DNA of 64,000 nucleotides, taken from contig OZ076409.1 of the NCBI GenBank assembly GCA_964187785.1, forward strand, positions 54,066,001-54,130,000, given 5' to 3'. This DNA is from Amphiscolops sp. MND2022. Lineage: Eukaryota. Each line of letters starts with the position of its first letter. The stretch's first letter is position 1. A program made the position numbers and the translations under genes. The notes below the pieces were generated by a model that was not told the DNA's origin, searched no databases, and saw only the letters and a list, made by a program, of their open reading frames with translations. Positions 25,001 through 37,929 of this stretch are shown in pieces.

Positions 25001-28000
25001 ATCTTTTAGTGAAAAATTTTTGCATGAAATTTTTTGTAAATCTTTCGTAGTCATGATAAATTTGATTGACAACCTGCGAAATTTTTTAGAGTTTTTAAAC
25101 AATTTCAACCAAGGAACTGCTGCAATTTCCGCTGAAATATCGGAGGTTAAAAATAACAAATAACAGGTAATAAATCATTCGTGTCTCGCTCATCAATTGA
25201 AAGAAAAAACGAATTCTAATAAAGGCTTCATTATATCTGTAGATCTACAGGGTTAACATGCTTGCAATTCAAATAGGGCAAAAAATTAAAGCTGAAATTT
25301 CTCTATCAGCCTAGGCCTACTGGCCAAAGGTCAAACTTTGAATTTTATACATTTTTGATTCAAACACAAAGCAATCTGAGTTCAAAAGAGCCTACTTTTG
25401 GGACTCTTAGAACACTTTGAGATTGTTGAGAAGTGTATGAAAACACCCTGGGCATATGTTACAGACTTTCTTCTTTTTGGTCGGCGTTTTTTAAACTGAA
25501 AACTGCGACTGTTTCAGTGGCTTTTCGTTGGTTTTTAATTTTTTTCAATCAACACGAACTGACCAAAACATTTCTACAAAATGTTAAAATCTTCAAATGT
25601 ACCATTTGGCACAGCACGCTATTTCAGAATTTTTGATGTAATATCCGAAGTAAATTGCGTTTTACTAAGGAGGTGGCAGAGGTTCCAAAATGCAGCGCTG
25701 TATCCCAATTCTGGCGTTATATCTAAAGTTATTTTGTTTTTTTTCCGCTACTGTGAAATTTAGAAACTATTCAAAAAAAACTTTGAAGCTTTATGTACTT
25801 TTGCGCTTTTCGAGCATTAGGCGGGGCACCGACTTATTCCGTTCCCGGCTTGTTGATAATTAAGACGGCAGTCGACTTGTGATGTTAAAAGTGTGCCCAT
25901 GTTGACCATTCATGGATTTCCATCCATGATTCATCCATGATTCATGGACCCACCATGCCGAGAATCATTCCATGGGAATGAAACTGCCTGATAATTTCTT
26001 GAGCAATTAAAATCCTAGTCGTGACTGCTAGAACTTTTCCAAGCTGCGTTGATGCATACAAGATATTTTTTCCGAAACATGGAAAACTCTAGGAGCCTGT
26101 TTGGAAACGTTTTCCTAGGATTACAATCCAGCATTCACTAGTTCAATTAAATCTTGGGAAAAGCTACTTCACCTGATTTTTTTTCACCATTTTGAATTTT
26201 GTCTCATATATCCAACTTATCTAATCAGCGTTAAACAAATTGTACGCTACTTTGAAACCGATAACATGACTGAAGTTGAATTGCACCAAAACGGAGGTAA
26301 AAATTATCTGGTCTCAGCTGCATTTCGAACAACAAGACGGGAACAGCTCAAGTCAGCGCTATACCTAAGACTCAAAACGCTCAAAAAATGTTTGAAACAT
26401 GCGCAAGACGGTCTGAAAAACATAAAAAGTTCCTTTCGTCCTCGGAAAACGCTTCAGAAGTACGGATATTGCGTGTTGGAATAAAATGGAGCATTTTTTT
26501 GAACCTGCGCCTCCTCCTTTTTAAACGCAACATAGTTCGGGTATAACGTCAAAAATTGGGATAGAACGCTTCTTTTCGGATGTTGCGTCAAAAATTTGGA
26601 TATTATTGAAGCAATTATTGGACATATATTGACAAAACCTATTATCAGACAAAAATAAGAATTGTGAACAGTCTCATAGTGCCAGAAACTTTGGCAAAAG
26701 GGGACTCTTTGGTAGTTTTTAACATCCATTCTGTTACAAATTATCAAAAAAATTGACAGGGAGACACACTGAAGACAATAAAAAATTTCCGAAAAAAATC
26801 TCTTGTCGAAAAAAAAATCAAAAGGGGGACCCTTTAGTTTCGTCCGGTTTGTAGGTTACGCTAAAAAACTAAAAGGAAATCGGCGACCTTTTGTGTTAAC
26901 TTAGATGCGTTTCCCAGGTATTCGTTCAGTTGAACAAACTGAACAAAAATTTTGTCGCATTCGAGTCTGTCCTAAATAAAACAAGACGGGAACGTCTAAA
27001 GTCGGCGCTATATCTAAGGCTCGAATAGCTCAGTTTTCTAAATATGCCCAGAATGTATTCATGAAAAGCTTTGAAAACACTTTCGAGACACCCAAAGTGT
27101 GCCTTTCATGCTCGATATGACTGGAAAATCACTTTTCTCGACTGGAAACAAAAAAATTTTTGAAAATTTTTTTGAAAATTTTTTTTGAAAAAAATTTTTG
27201 AAAAAAACTTCGAAAACGTCGCATAGTGCCGAAAAATGAAAACGGGGGACCCTTTGGGATTCATTAACATATTTTCTGTTGCAAAATATCAAAAAATCCG
27301 AAGGGGGGGACTCTTTTGAAAAATTGAAAATTTTCGAAAAAAAAATTCGCACAGTGCCGAAAAAAAATTGAAAGGGGGGACCCTTTGGAGTCTTCCGGTT
27401 TTGTAGGTTACGTAAAAAAGGTAAAAAACGAAAGGGGGGACCCTTTGCAGTAAGTTTGCATTGGTGGAACTTGGCCTGAGTGAACTTATCAGTTTCTGTA
27501 AAAAGTGGTACATACGCGATGAGCTCTGTGGTCTGACGAAAAAAAAACAAGACGGGAACGTCCCAAGTCGGCGCCATATCTTAGGCTCAAAAATATTCAA
27601 GGAACAACTATTGTAAAAATTTGGAAAAAAAAATTTTCAAAAAAATTATTTTTGAAATTTTTTTCGAAAAAAAAGTATTTTTTAAGTCGCAAAATGCCGA
27701 AAAAAATCCAAAGGGGGGACCCTTTGGGCACGTCCGGTTGTGTATGTTTCCTTGAAAAAGTAAAAACTGAAAGGGGGACCCTTTGGAGTAAAGTTTGCCT
27801 TCTGCGCAGAATTGCAGAATTGTAAGAAAAGTGGACCACTCAGAGTGAGATTGTCAACTGAAAAAAACAAAAAAAAAAAAAAACTACTCACTGTAAGAGT
27901 CGGGCTTTTTTCCTTAAGGGAAAAGGCGCCGACTAAAAACTAGCCACTGTAATAGTCGGGCTTTTTTCCTTAAAGGAAAATGCGCCGACTAAAAACGAGT

Positions 28001-28265
28001 GACTGTGCTAGTCAGGCTCTTTTACTATGAAAACTAACGCATGATAAAACTTGCGAAATTTTGTGGCACCGTTTTGCAGCCAAATCTTTTAGTGAAAAAT
28101 TTTTGCATGAAATTTTTTGTAAATCTTTCGTAGTCATGATAAATTTGATTGACAACCTGCGAAATTTTTTAGAGTTTTCAAACAATTTCAACCAAGGAAC
28201 TGCTGCAATTTCCGCTGAAATATCGGAGGTTAAAAATAACAAATAACAGGTAATAAATCATTCGT
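22041..28265 (+). repeat. Near-identical tandem duplication: 22041-25177 (3137 bp) and 25178-28260 (3083 bp)
   Basis: Duplicated ORF translations at offset 3137. TTCGT is present at 22041, 25178 and 28261. Copies differ by one 59-bp unit, homopolymer lengths and a few SNPs. Confidence 0.95.
23194..24957 (-). mobile_element. Triple-nested HINE family A cluster (repeated at ~26331-28040 in the duplication)
   Basis: Three 3' modules (AACAAGACGGGAAC at ~23194, ~23842, ~24406) and stacked 5' heads (GCGCCGACT at 24784, 24843, 24899, plus a degenerate head at 24913-24957). Confidence 0.8.
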
Positions 28266-28399
28266 CTGGAGAAATAGCGCCCTTTTATCAACAAGTGTAA
28301 GACAGGCTGAGAATTAGCAAAACTTGATCAACTAACACAAACACTTGTTTAGGTTATTATGTATTCTTGAACAAAAGTGATGACTCCCTTGGTTGAATC

Positions 28400-28870
28400 C
28401 TGCTTCAAAAGTTTACTAACTTTTTAGGCTGCCATGCACTTTCATCGTGATTTTGGAGAATTCTCGTAGAAACTTTCATGCATTGAAAGTTCACTCGGGC
28501 TGTTTTATTTGAAAATCATCAAGCTGCCCAGAAGTTCCATTCCAATATTGGCGGCTATATGTGGAATAATTTTAACGTGGATTAGGTCTATGTTTCTACG
28601 CAGCTGAGATTGTGTCGGTTTTACCGGCATTTTAATGCAAATCACCAATAGTCACATTATAAGTTCCAAAGTACATGTATTACATACTTATGTAGTAGTA
28701 TGATGTAGTATCATCATCGCCGTGCAATTTTGACTAATGGTGATTACATACGTTCATTATTTGAGAAATAAGAGTGTGAAAACCAAGTGGTATAAACGAT
28801 GAAGACGTCGAAAGTATTTCGATTGAAATTGTGGACGCTGCATTGTCATCCTGCAAAGATTTTCCAATCA
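28400..28870 (+). repeat. Unclassified dispersed repeat, paralogous to ~47800-48224 plus 49488-49510
   Basis: Shared blocks such as TTTTACCGG..AATGCAAAT, AGTCACATTATAAGTT, TTGACTAATGGTG, GCTGCATTGT(C/A)ATCCT. Ends approximate. Confidence 0.65.
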
Positions 28871-31465
28871 GGCTCGTGTGATTTTCCTTGTAAAAAAAAT
28901 ACCCTTGTATGCTTGAAAGCAGCATCGAAAACGTTCCCTCTGATTCAACAAAGTTCAAACCTGATAACTGCAAAGTTTGTCGTAAGTTTTTTGGAATTCA
29001 ATACCAGTTTTTCAGTAATTGATCCAAAATGATGCAACATAGACCAAAAGATTTTGGTTCGAAGCAATTTTGTTTATTGTTTCTGATGACTTTTCATGGG
29101 TTTCTAGTGCTTGATTACAATCCAGTCAAAGTTTCCAAAAATGATCTTCAAAAATCTACAATACTACTACCAGCTTAAGATGGTCCAAATGGTCCTGCTT
29201 TCATTTTTTGACGTTTTTCTTCGAATTATCAAAATAAGTTTTTTCGGCATTGTGCAGTTTCTCTCAAACGTTTTACAGTCTCGCGAAATGTTTTTTAAAA
29301 ATGTTTTCAGATGCAAAAGTTCTTTTCAAGCCCAAGGCACCCTCCTTTTGAACATTTTACGGCACTGAGTCAGAATTTCCTCAGAAACAGTCTTAAGCAA
29401 CTTGAAGTACTCAACGCGTTTTGAGCCTCGCGCGAGACACCGACTCATTCCGTTTCCGTCTTGTTAGTCGGAGGCTTGTTATGGTCCCAGGCTTGTTATG
29501 AATTTGATTGTTTCCAGCTCATATTTCTTTAAAACTGATATTTATGGTCGGTTATACATTGTCTACTCATTTCATTCAAATCCAGTGTTGCAGTGCTGTT
29601 GTTGCGAAACAATAAAAATAAAATTTTTGATGTTAGAGCAATCAAAGTTTAACAGCGTTTCACTCTGATAATATTACGAACAAGTTGCAAATTACTATTT
29701 CCTGTATTTTTCTCATTCTGAGATAATGTCATTATCATTTAGATATTTCATTGTATGCTTGTAGACGCACCACTCTTGTCTATTCTTTGCTTTGTAGAGA
29801 GAAAAATTTCCGAAAAAGTTGCGGAAAATATCAATCTGAATAATACAAAAACTGAAATATTCTTTCACAAAGTGACAATAAAAGGATGTTTAAATAAGTA
29901 ATCATATCTTTCCAATATTTTGCAGTGCTGTTTCAATTTTCCAAGAGATTTGGTGGTTCGGCATTAAAATGAAAGGCGTTTGGTGTTTAATCTAATTCTG
30001 GACACCTGCTGAAACGCAACCAGCTAGACAAAGGAGCACGATCGTTTTAGTGCCTTGTAGAAACAACTATACTTGTAAAATTGTTCTATAATAAGGGCGG
30101 TGCCTGAATCAATAAATAACCATTGTAAATGAATGACTTGAAAAACCTTTTTTATGAATGTGTACTTTTAGAGGAGTACCAGATTCATTCGAAGAAGAAG
30201 GATTGAAGAGTGTAGATTCAAACAGCGGGGAAAAGAGTCATTAATAAGAGAGAAAATAAATGTCCATTTTGGCAGGTTTTCCCCTGCTCGGGAGAAACTG
30301 TCACGAAATTTTCCAAGGGAACTTCACAGCAATCACTGATGTGTTCTTAGCAATGGTGATGCCCTTTTTGGAGAGTGAACTTAGGAAAAGTGGATCTGGT
30401 TCGTGCATTTCTTTAATTGCATTAGATAATGCAATATTCAGAGCACACGAAGCGTACACTGACTACCAACGGATTTTACTTCGACTCTGAATAATTTATG
30501 ATGCGCTAATGCTCATCAAGTTTGCATAGCTGAATGTTTCCAAACCGGAAAAGCGTTTTTTCAAGAGGAGCCAGAGGCATGAATGCGAAAGATGGTAAGC
30601 AAAATGGCCGAGCGGTCTTCATGGAAAGGTTCATCAACTAGATTACAATAATTTACAGATATCAGGACCTCCGATCAGCTATCAGGGATGTAAAAAAAAT
30701 ATATTGTATTTAAATACATTGACTATAAATAGAAAATATATTTATTTTTGGTTTTGTACAAAACAAAATACTTTTTGTTCCAATTTATTGGCGTTTTAGA
30801 CCAATATATTTCTTTGATATTCAATTTAAGGTTGAGAAGTATTAACAAAGATGTATTATTATAATCGTATACGCTATTATTGACTATTATTGACTATTGA
30901 ATTTAGTTACTAATTGTTTAGGAAAATCATTCAGGAAGTGTTACCTTCAAAGTTCGGGCACCATGTCATCTATCCCCCGGGTACACCTTGTTGGGAATCT
31001 CCCCCCAACACGAAAGCACATTTTGTTCTTGAATAAAAATATTTCACTAATAAGAGAATATTATATGAATGTATATACTTAAAAGATTGTCTCTACAACT
31101 GTTTGGACACTTCAGGTTAAAAAAACTACCATAATTTTTTGATATTATTGTCCAAAATAGCAGAAATTCACGTTTGGAACAGATAAAATCGTATAAAAAG
31201 GCAGCTATTTCAGCGCAAATATTTGTCAGCTATAGAATCTAATGAGCAACTTTCAACTGACCGTCAATGTAACGGATAGGATTATATCGACATCGATTAT
31301 TTTATTGAACCAACTTCAACGCAAACGATGTCGACATAATGGTATTTGAACCTTCTGTCTTATCTCCCCGTCGCAGTTTGGGGGGGGGGGGGATAGATGA
31401 CATGGTCCAAGTTTGGTATTATTATGATGGGTAATAATACAGTACAAGAAATGTAATCATGAACT

Positions 31466-31665
31466 NNNNNNNNNNNNNNNNNNNNNNNNNNNNNNNNNNN
31501 NNNNNNNNNNNNNNNNNNNNNNNNNNNNNNNNNNNNNNNNNNNNNNNNNNNNNNNNNNNNNNNNNNNNNNNNNNNNNNNNNNNNNNNNNNNNNNNNNNNN
31601 NNNNNNNNNNNNNNNNNNNNNNNNNNNNNNNNNNNNNNNNNNNNNNNNNNNNNNNNNNNNNNNNN
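31466..31665. other. Assembly gap (200 N)
   Basis: Run of exactly 200 N, abutting a HINE 3' end. Confidence 1.
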
Positions 31666-32276
31666 AGACCGGCCCAAGTCGGCGCCATATCCAAGCCTCA
31701 AAAATAGCAAAAGGACTTCCAAGATTCAATTTACAGTACTCGAAAATCGAAAAAGCAAAAACAATGGATCGAGTGGCGCGTCGGGGCCCGCTAGCGCGAG
31801 CCCCTGGCGCGCTAAAAGGGGGACACTTCCGAAATTGTTAACATTTTTTGTCGCAGTTGAAGGGGGACCCATTGGAGAAAAAACAAATTCAAAAAATTCG
31901 AAAAAAAAGTCGAAAAACAATGCTCACAGTGCCGAAAAAACTGAAAGGGGGGACCCTTTGGGATTTTCCAACATCTATTCTGACGCAAAACAGCAAAAAA
32001 AATTGAAGGGGGGACCCTTTGGGGAAAAAATTTTCCGAGAAAAAGTCTCACAGTGCCGAAACAAATTGAAAGGGGGGACCTTTTCGTCTCGCCCGGTACG
32101 GTATGTTACGCGGAAAAACAGGAAAAACCTTTTTGGTTCAGTTCGCTAGGCCAAATGGTGCAATTTGGTGTAATAATTTTTGTAGAACTTTTAAGAACTA
32201 TTTTGGTCAGTTCGGGTGGGTAGAAAAAAAGTCACTATAGTAGTCACGTTTCACATCATGAAGCGCCGACTAAAAA
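31666..32276 (-). mobile_element. HINE family A copy (3' tip cut by the gap)
   Basis: CCGGCCCAAGTCGGCGCCATATC at the left end, AAGCGCCGACTAAAAA at the right end; GGGGACCC-rich body. Confidence 0.8.
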
Positions 32277-33762
32277 TATCATTTTATGTATTTTTACATC
32301 CATGTCTTCAATAGTATAATTTTTTTAATAATGCTCAAAATCTTGTATAAAAGAGAAAACTTGGTGAAAAGTTGCGAAAATTGAGAATGTTCTAAAAAGA
32401 AGGCTTCAACTTTGCAATTCATTTTAAAATTATAATTTTCGATATAGCCTTCTTTTGAAAAACGAAAGGCGTCTACTGTTAGAGACGTGAAATCATTTAA
32501 AGTATCGTCGTCACTCCGAGAATCGAAAATGTCCTTTCATAAAAACGAAGCATTTGATCAATTAGCCAACAAGGATGTAAACAGAAATATTTTGATGTTT
32601 TAGCAAAGCTAATTAGAACATGAACCTGATATCAAAGGAGTTACATATGAGATTAAAGTTTCCGAGTGTTTCAGATTACCAATTCCCACGGTTGTTTACG
32701 ATAACATTTCATTATCTAACAGAATAGATTGTTTAAGCCTTGAAGCTTTGACCAACATTTTGTATCAAGCATTCGGTACTAATTTTTCTGACCCTCTGAA
32801 AGGTCACTGACCAAAACAAATTATCCAATTGTCCTGTTACTATACCCCTAATTTTGCATTCCATTCTTTCAATTCATTTTAAAAGCTCTAAAAAGTTAAA
32901 TTAATTTCAAATTGTGTATACAATATTGGATTATTACCAAGGAAATCATAAATTTGGTTCGGATAGTAGTCAACACAAAAGTAAGTTTTTGTAAGTAAGT
33001 AAGTAAGATAAATTGTAATTACCAAGAGATAGCAAGCATTTCGGATTTGAGAAAAGTTGGATCAAATATGAGTTTTAAAAATTTTGCTGTATTTAACAAC
33101 ATTTTATACAAGCCGCACCATGTTTTCACTTGTTCCTTGCCGTTGGAATCACTTTTACTACCCATCATTAACGCAGGTGCGTTTTTTCATGAATCATCAA
33201 TTAATTTTACTCAATTTCTTTCAATTTCCTCACTAAAGAAACTGCTCGAAATTAAGAACGGGCAATTAGGTCTTTCGGCTCGAATTTCAGGTAGAATCAA
33301 TTTCATCAATTTTGTAAACAAGGTCGATTAATCAGGATTACAGGGCAAGTATTATGTGTCCAGGTCTGCACCGATGGTCAATTGTCCGTTGACGAGATAA
33401 TTGGATACAGGATTTCATCAGAGTAGCCTTGAAAATTTTGATTACCTGATAAAATTTTAATAGGAAGTAAGGTTCATGGGATTAGTTCTGTCGCGAAAAC
33501 AAAGAAGAGCAGATTCTGCTTCGGCTCTGGATTTTTTATTGAATTCTACACTCTTGTGTAGGTTTTTTCAGCTTGCGCAACACACATTTTTTACATTGAA
33601 TTACTAATCAGAATCTTACTGAAAAAATATTATATTGACAAAAAATTATACCCTCAATTTAAAATATTAGAAATTTCAGAATTAACCCTAATCAACCCAG
33701 CGTTTTTTCATTTTCTGATCAGTTTTGCCAGTACCTCATATTCTCTAGCACAGTTTTTTCTC

Positions 33763-34866
33763 GATTACCAGAAAACTCAACACAAGAAAACTCAACACAG
33801 GACAATTCACAACAGAAAACTCAACACACGAAAATTCAACACAGCAAACTCAACACATTTTAAGCATTTAATAATCGTGATATATATTACATCTATATTC
33901 CTTGTTCGTACTGCTCATAATTTATGCATTTGACACAATTTTTCTAAAATATTTGTGTTTGCGTTTAAACTTTTTCTATTGTTTTGTTTCATGGTTGGGC
34001 CAATGTAAACGTTTCAGCGTGAAAAACAGTTTAATATAGGAAAAAGTCGCAATCATGACTATGTGTAAAGGAAATTATACGTCTTTATATGTCTTTGAAA
34101 TCAGTCGCAATTGTGACTAAGTGTAAACGGAAATAATACGGATTTAACAATTAGTTAGATTTCGGAAAATTTACCCAATTGAGGTGTTAACTAAAATTAA
34201 TTAAATGTGTTGAAATGTGTTGAGTTTTTTTGTTGAGCTTTCTGTGTTGAGTTTTTTTGTGTTGAGTTTTCTGTTTTTTTTTAAATCGGCGGGTTTCAGT
34301 AGAAAATGTGCCCGACTATTACAGTGGGTAGTTTTTTTAGACACGAAAGGTCCACTTTTTTGTTCATTTGTTCAACAACCTCAAACCTCAACAACTTCAA
34401 ACCTCAACAACTCCAACCTCAGAAGCGCGTCCAAAACGAAAAGAAAAAACAAACAGACGTCCACAACCTCGAAAACACACTAAAGATCCCACCTTAGCCC
34501 CACTTTTTTTCGGCACTATGCGACTTTTTTTGAAGCTTTTTGGATTGCACCAGAGGGTCCCCCCTTCATTTGTTTCGATATTTTGCAACACAATGGATAT
34601 CAAAAAATCGCAAAGGGTCCCCCTTTTACATTTTCGGCACTGTTACACTGTTCAAAAATCGCATTTAAAAATTTTTTTGGAAAATTTTTTCATGTCTCCA
34701 AAGGATCCCCCTTCAATTTTTTAATATTTTGCCACCAGCTGGAGTTTCACAAAGCCCGTAGGGTCCCCCTTTTTACAATTTTGAGCCTTAGATATGGCGC
34801 CGACTTTGGCCGTTCTCGGCTTGTTTACTTTGTGTTGAGTTTTCATGTGTTGAGTTTTTCGTACCC
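33763..34866. mobile_element. MULE-like/foldback non-autonomous element with AAAACTCAACAC arrays at both ends
   Basis: Tandem AAAACTCAACAC motifs at 33771-33858; inverted arrays at 34207-34272 and 34831-34860, split by a HINE. Imperfect 9-bp flanks TTTTTTCTC / CTTTTTCGC. Confidence 0.6.
34274..34826 (+). mobile_element. HINE family A copy inserted in the right array of the MULE-like element
   Basis: T-run then AATCGGCG...GCCCGACT head; 3' GGCGCCGACTTTGGCCG-TTCT-CGGCTTGTT. The GTGTTGAGTTTT array resumes after it. Confidence 0.8.
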
Positions 34867-37495
34867 CTTTTTCGCAACAATACCTCGGTAACTAGATTGG
34901 TTTGAATGGCACAAGCATTAGGAAAAGTGCTAATCAACCCCATACACTTGCACAACAAGTTCTTACGCAAAAAATCTCAATAGTATTCTGTTGTTACTAC
35001 AAGCCCCTGCGTAGCGGGCCGTACGAAGTGCGGAACTGCCGCGAAGCGGCGGTACCGGAAAAAGAGACTAAAATTCTGAAGGAAGGGGCGGGCGTGCAGC
35101 GACATGGGCTCATCTGATTAAAATAAAAGCCCAATGCCAGACCTTTCAAACGCGCTATAGTTCGTTTCTCTGGTACGCGTAGTTGTGGAGATATTGATGA
35201 TTTAACTTTTTTAATCATTTTTTTTGAAAGTTTGCAAAATCGCGTGGGTCAATTAGGGTTAAGTTGACAAGTATACCGCATTTTTCATATCCAACATCTA
35301 ATTTTTTTCATTATTGTTTGCATTAAAATACTAAGCAAGAGTGGAGACTTCGCGCGCTTTATAATTGATAAGTGAATTGATTAAGAGGTAATTGATATTC
35401 GAAAAATTACTGGTATTCAAAAAGTCTTCAATGTTGATCAAAAATCAATACATAACAATTTGATGACGCGACTCGAAAAGTATCTAGTCAATTTTGTTTA
35501 TTTAGTTTAATACTTTCTTCACAATATTTTTGTGCAACTTTTTACGAGTTTGCACTACTATTACTACAGTAGGACGCTGAAAAATTACAACAGTTATTGT
35601 ACTTCTTTATACCTCCTATAACTTCTTCATTCTTATGAACAGCTGGTGAGTTTCACTCTACTTCTAAATACGGAGATCTTTTTCAAGTTCAAAGACAACT
35701 TTGAAAATATATTATGGCCGGTGTAAAGAGATGCGAACTTTTTTCATGAACGAAGAGTTTGAAAATAAAATGTCCTATGAATTGAATAGATTATCCAAAC
35801 AACTGTTCGATGCTTCCTAAAATTTGACAATATTTGAGTTTTTTCATTACTTGGAAGCGTTTTTCTCAACTTTCATGCATCAGCTCCGCAAGAGATTTGA
35901 CAGATTTTTTATTCTCTTGTGAAGTCTATTTGCTACACTAGCTGTTTCATACTTGAACAAACCCACTTTCATTATCAATTTATCAAATCTACAAATCAGC
36001 CATTGAGCCGACAAGGACATATGCCATGTGAATGGATCAAAGAAGCCGGAAAGTCTTCGATTCGTGTCGTCTTTTGATAAATCGCTTGACCCAAAAACCT
36101 ACTAGAGTTGTAATGACTACAAAAAGAGGCACCAAAACTTGCGGGTTATTGAAATATGAGCCCGAATCTTTGGAGAATGATTTACAGTTTATAGAAACCG
36201 ACTCATGTGTTTGTTCCGGTGACATGAAAGCGTCATTGGTGTTGGCTCTAAGGAATTGTCTTTGATCGTGAACAAATTATGACACGCCTTCAAACGCGCA
36301 CTTGCACTGATAGACTGACCTGCATGTGTCGCTTTGTCGCCAGAGAAACACTGCATGACCTAGACATCAATTGTCGGGCGAAACTACTGTCTGTTTGTAA
36401 ACAAGCATTTGAAACTTTCAAAATTTTAACTTGATCCATTGAACTTTTAATTGAAACTGAATGCAACTTCTCATTTGACTTTGAACATATATAACTATTG
36501 TAACATGGTCTACAAAGTTATCGACAGCTTCTTAATTGAGCAAAGTGGGTTTTTGGTTTCAAATAGGTGAAGGATTAGAGGGAAATAATGCTATAGCATA
36601 TTATACTTCGAATTTTAAATATAACACTTTTTTTTATAAAAATCCTTATACGCATACCAATTGAATATAACCAATTTATTGATCTTTATAAACTAGCCGG
36701 TGGAACTCAAATGTGCTTCCTTGTTCAACTGGAAGTTCTCAAATCTTGTTTAACCGTTCAACAGGTGGAAGAAAGACTTTCGGCAAAAAAAGCTAAAATG
36801 TAACACAAATAAACCTTTTTGAAAGATAAAACGAGGATTCGAGACTACAAATCACAGCTTTCATATCCAGTATACATGTATTTGAAGTTGATGTGACAAT
36901 TTCAAAAGCAAATTCTATTCTGAAGATCCAAAGTTGAATTTTTCTAAAGTAATGCATGACCGGTTATCTGGAACACAGAATACAAGGAATGCTCAAGAAA
37001 AAAAAATCTGATGTTATTCAGAGCATTGTTACATTTAAAAGGCTTCTTTTTAAAACATGAAATTTGATCCACTTGTCAGTAAGATGAGGTCAAAAATGGT
37101 ATTTATAGTACGTAAGAAAAACATTCTTTAATTCGATATTCTGAAAAAATAAAATCTAAACACAGGCTCCAATATCGCGCCCGTTATCCTTTGATATGCC
37201 GAGTTTATCTTTAAAACGTTTTTATTCCTTTGAAACGCCGACTCAATTTCTAAACAAAGAAATTTTTTTAAGACAAACGGCGCCTGGGGAAACGAATTCG
37301 GAGTGATGGTTTTTTGCAGCTCAAATGCTTGCTTTTTCTTTGATTAACAAGGAAACACAAAATTCAATGTTGAAAAATGTCTCATCCGAGTGGTTTTAAG
37401 TATTTATGAGTAATAGTGGCTACGAAGTGCATGCTGTAGTTGATATCGCCACAAGTGGGATTAAAATGGCGTAAATTTTGTTGATATTTTGCAGA

Positions 37496-37929
37496 GGTAC
37501 GCGGAAAACTCGTCGAAAACAACTCACCGAATGCAACTCGTCGAAAATAAAGGGCGGAAAACTGGTCGAAAATTAACTCGTCGAATAATAATTGAGTGCC
37601 AAGTCGTCGAATAATTACAGATAACAAACAAAGATTATTCAGGATTTTAACAAGTCCAAAAATAATTAATTTTATTAAGTTGAGTGCAAAAATAAATTAT
37701 TTTATTTTCTTTATTATAAATATTCTTACCCATAATTATTTATCGAACACCCCTGGTTGGAACTTAATAACACAGTACGATCACAAAGTTAGCGCTGTAT
37801 TTGTCTGAGATTATTTTCGGCTCTTGCGACGAGTTTTCCACCGAAGAATTTTCGGCAAGTTGCTTATGTATGAGTTTTCTGCCTAGTATTTACGACCACT
37901 TGTTTTCGGCGAGTTGTTTTCCTAGATTA
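37496..37929. mobile_element. MULE-like MITE with AACTCGTCGAAAA arrays
   Basis: Starts GGTACGCGGAAAACTCGTCG, ends ..GAGTTGTTTTCCTAGATTA. 9-bp flanks TTTTGCAGA / TTCTGCAGA. Same end family as 42145-43959. Confidence 0.75.

Larger units (their letters stand above)
33686..35258. mobile_element. piggyBac-like non-autonomous element
   Basis: TTAA|CCCTAATCAACCCA ... TGGGTCAATTAGGG|TTAA: imperfect TIRs with CCC/GGG tips and a TTAA target duplication. No transposase ORF. Confidence 0.7.

Noticed and set aside
23921..27891. Recurrent short ORFs (MAPTWDVPV.., QRVPP.., LRYGADLGRSRL) as a protein family
   Set aside because: They are translations of the non-coding HINE consensus, differ in frame between copies and are dominated by Phe/Lys from homopolymers.
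31360..31729. ORFs spanning the N-run
   Set aside because: Artefacts of translating the assembly gap.
33682..35262. Interstitial telomeric repeats (TAACCCTAA / TTAGGGTTA)
   Set aside because: Single units only; better explained as TTAA plus piggyBac-like TIR tips.
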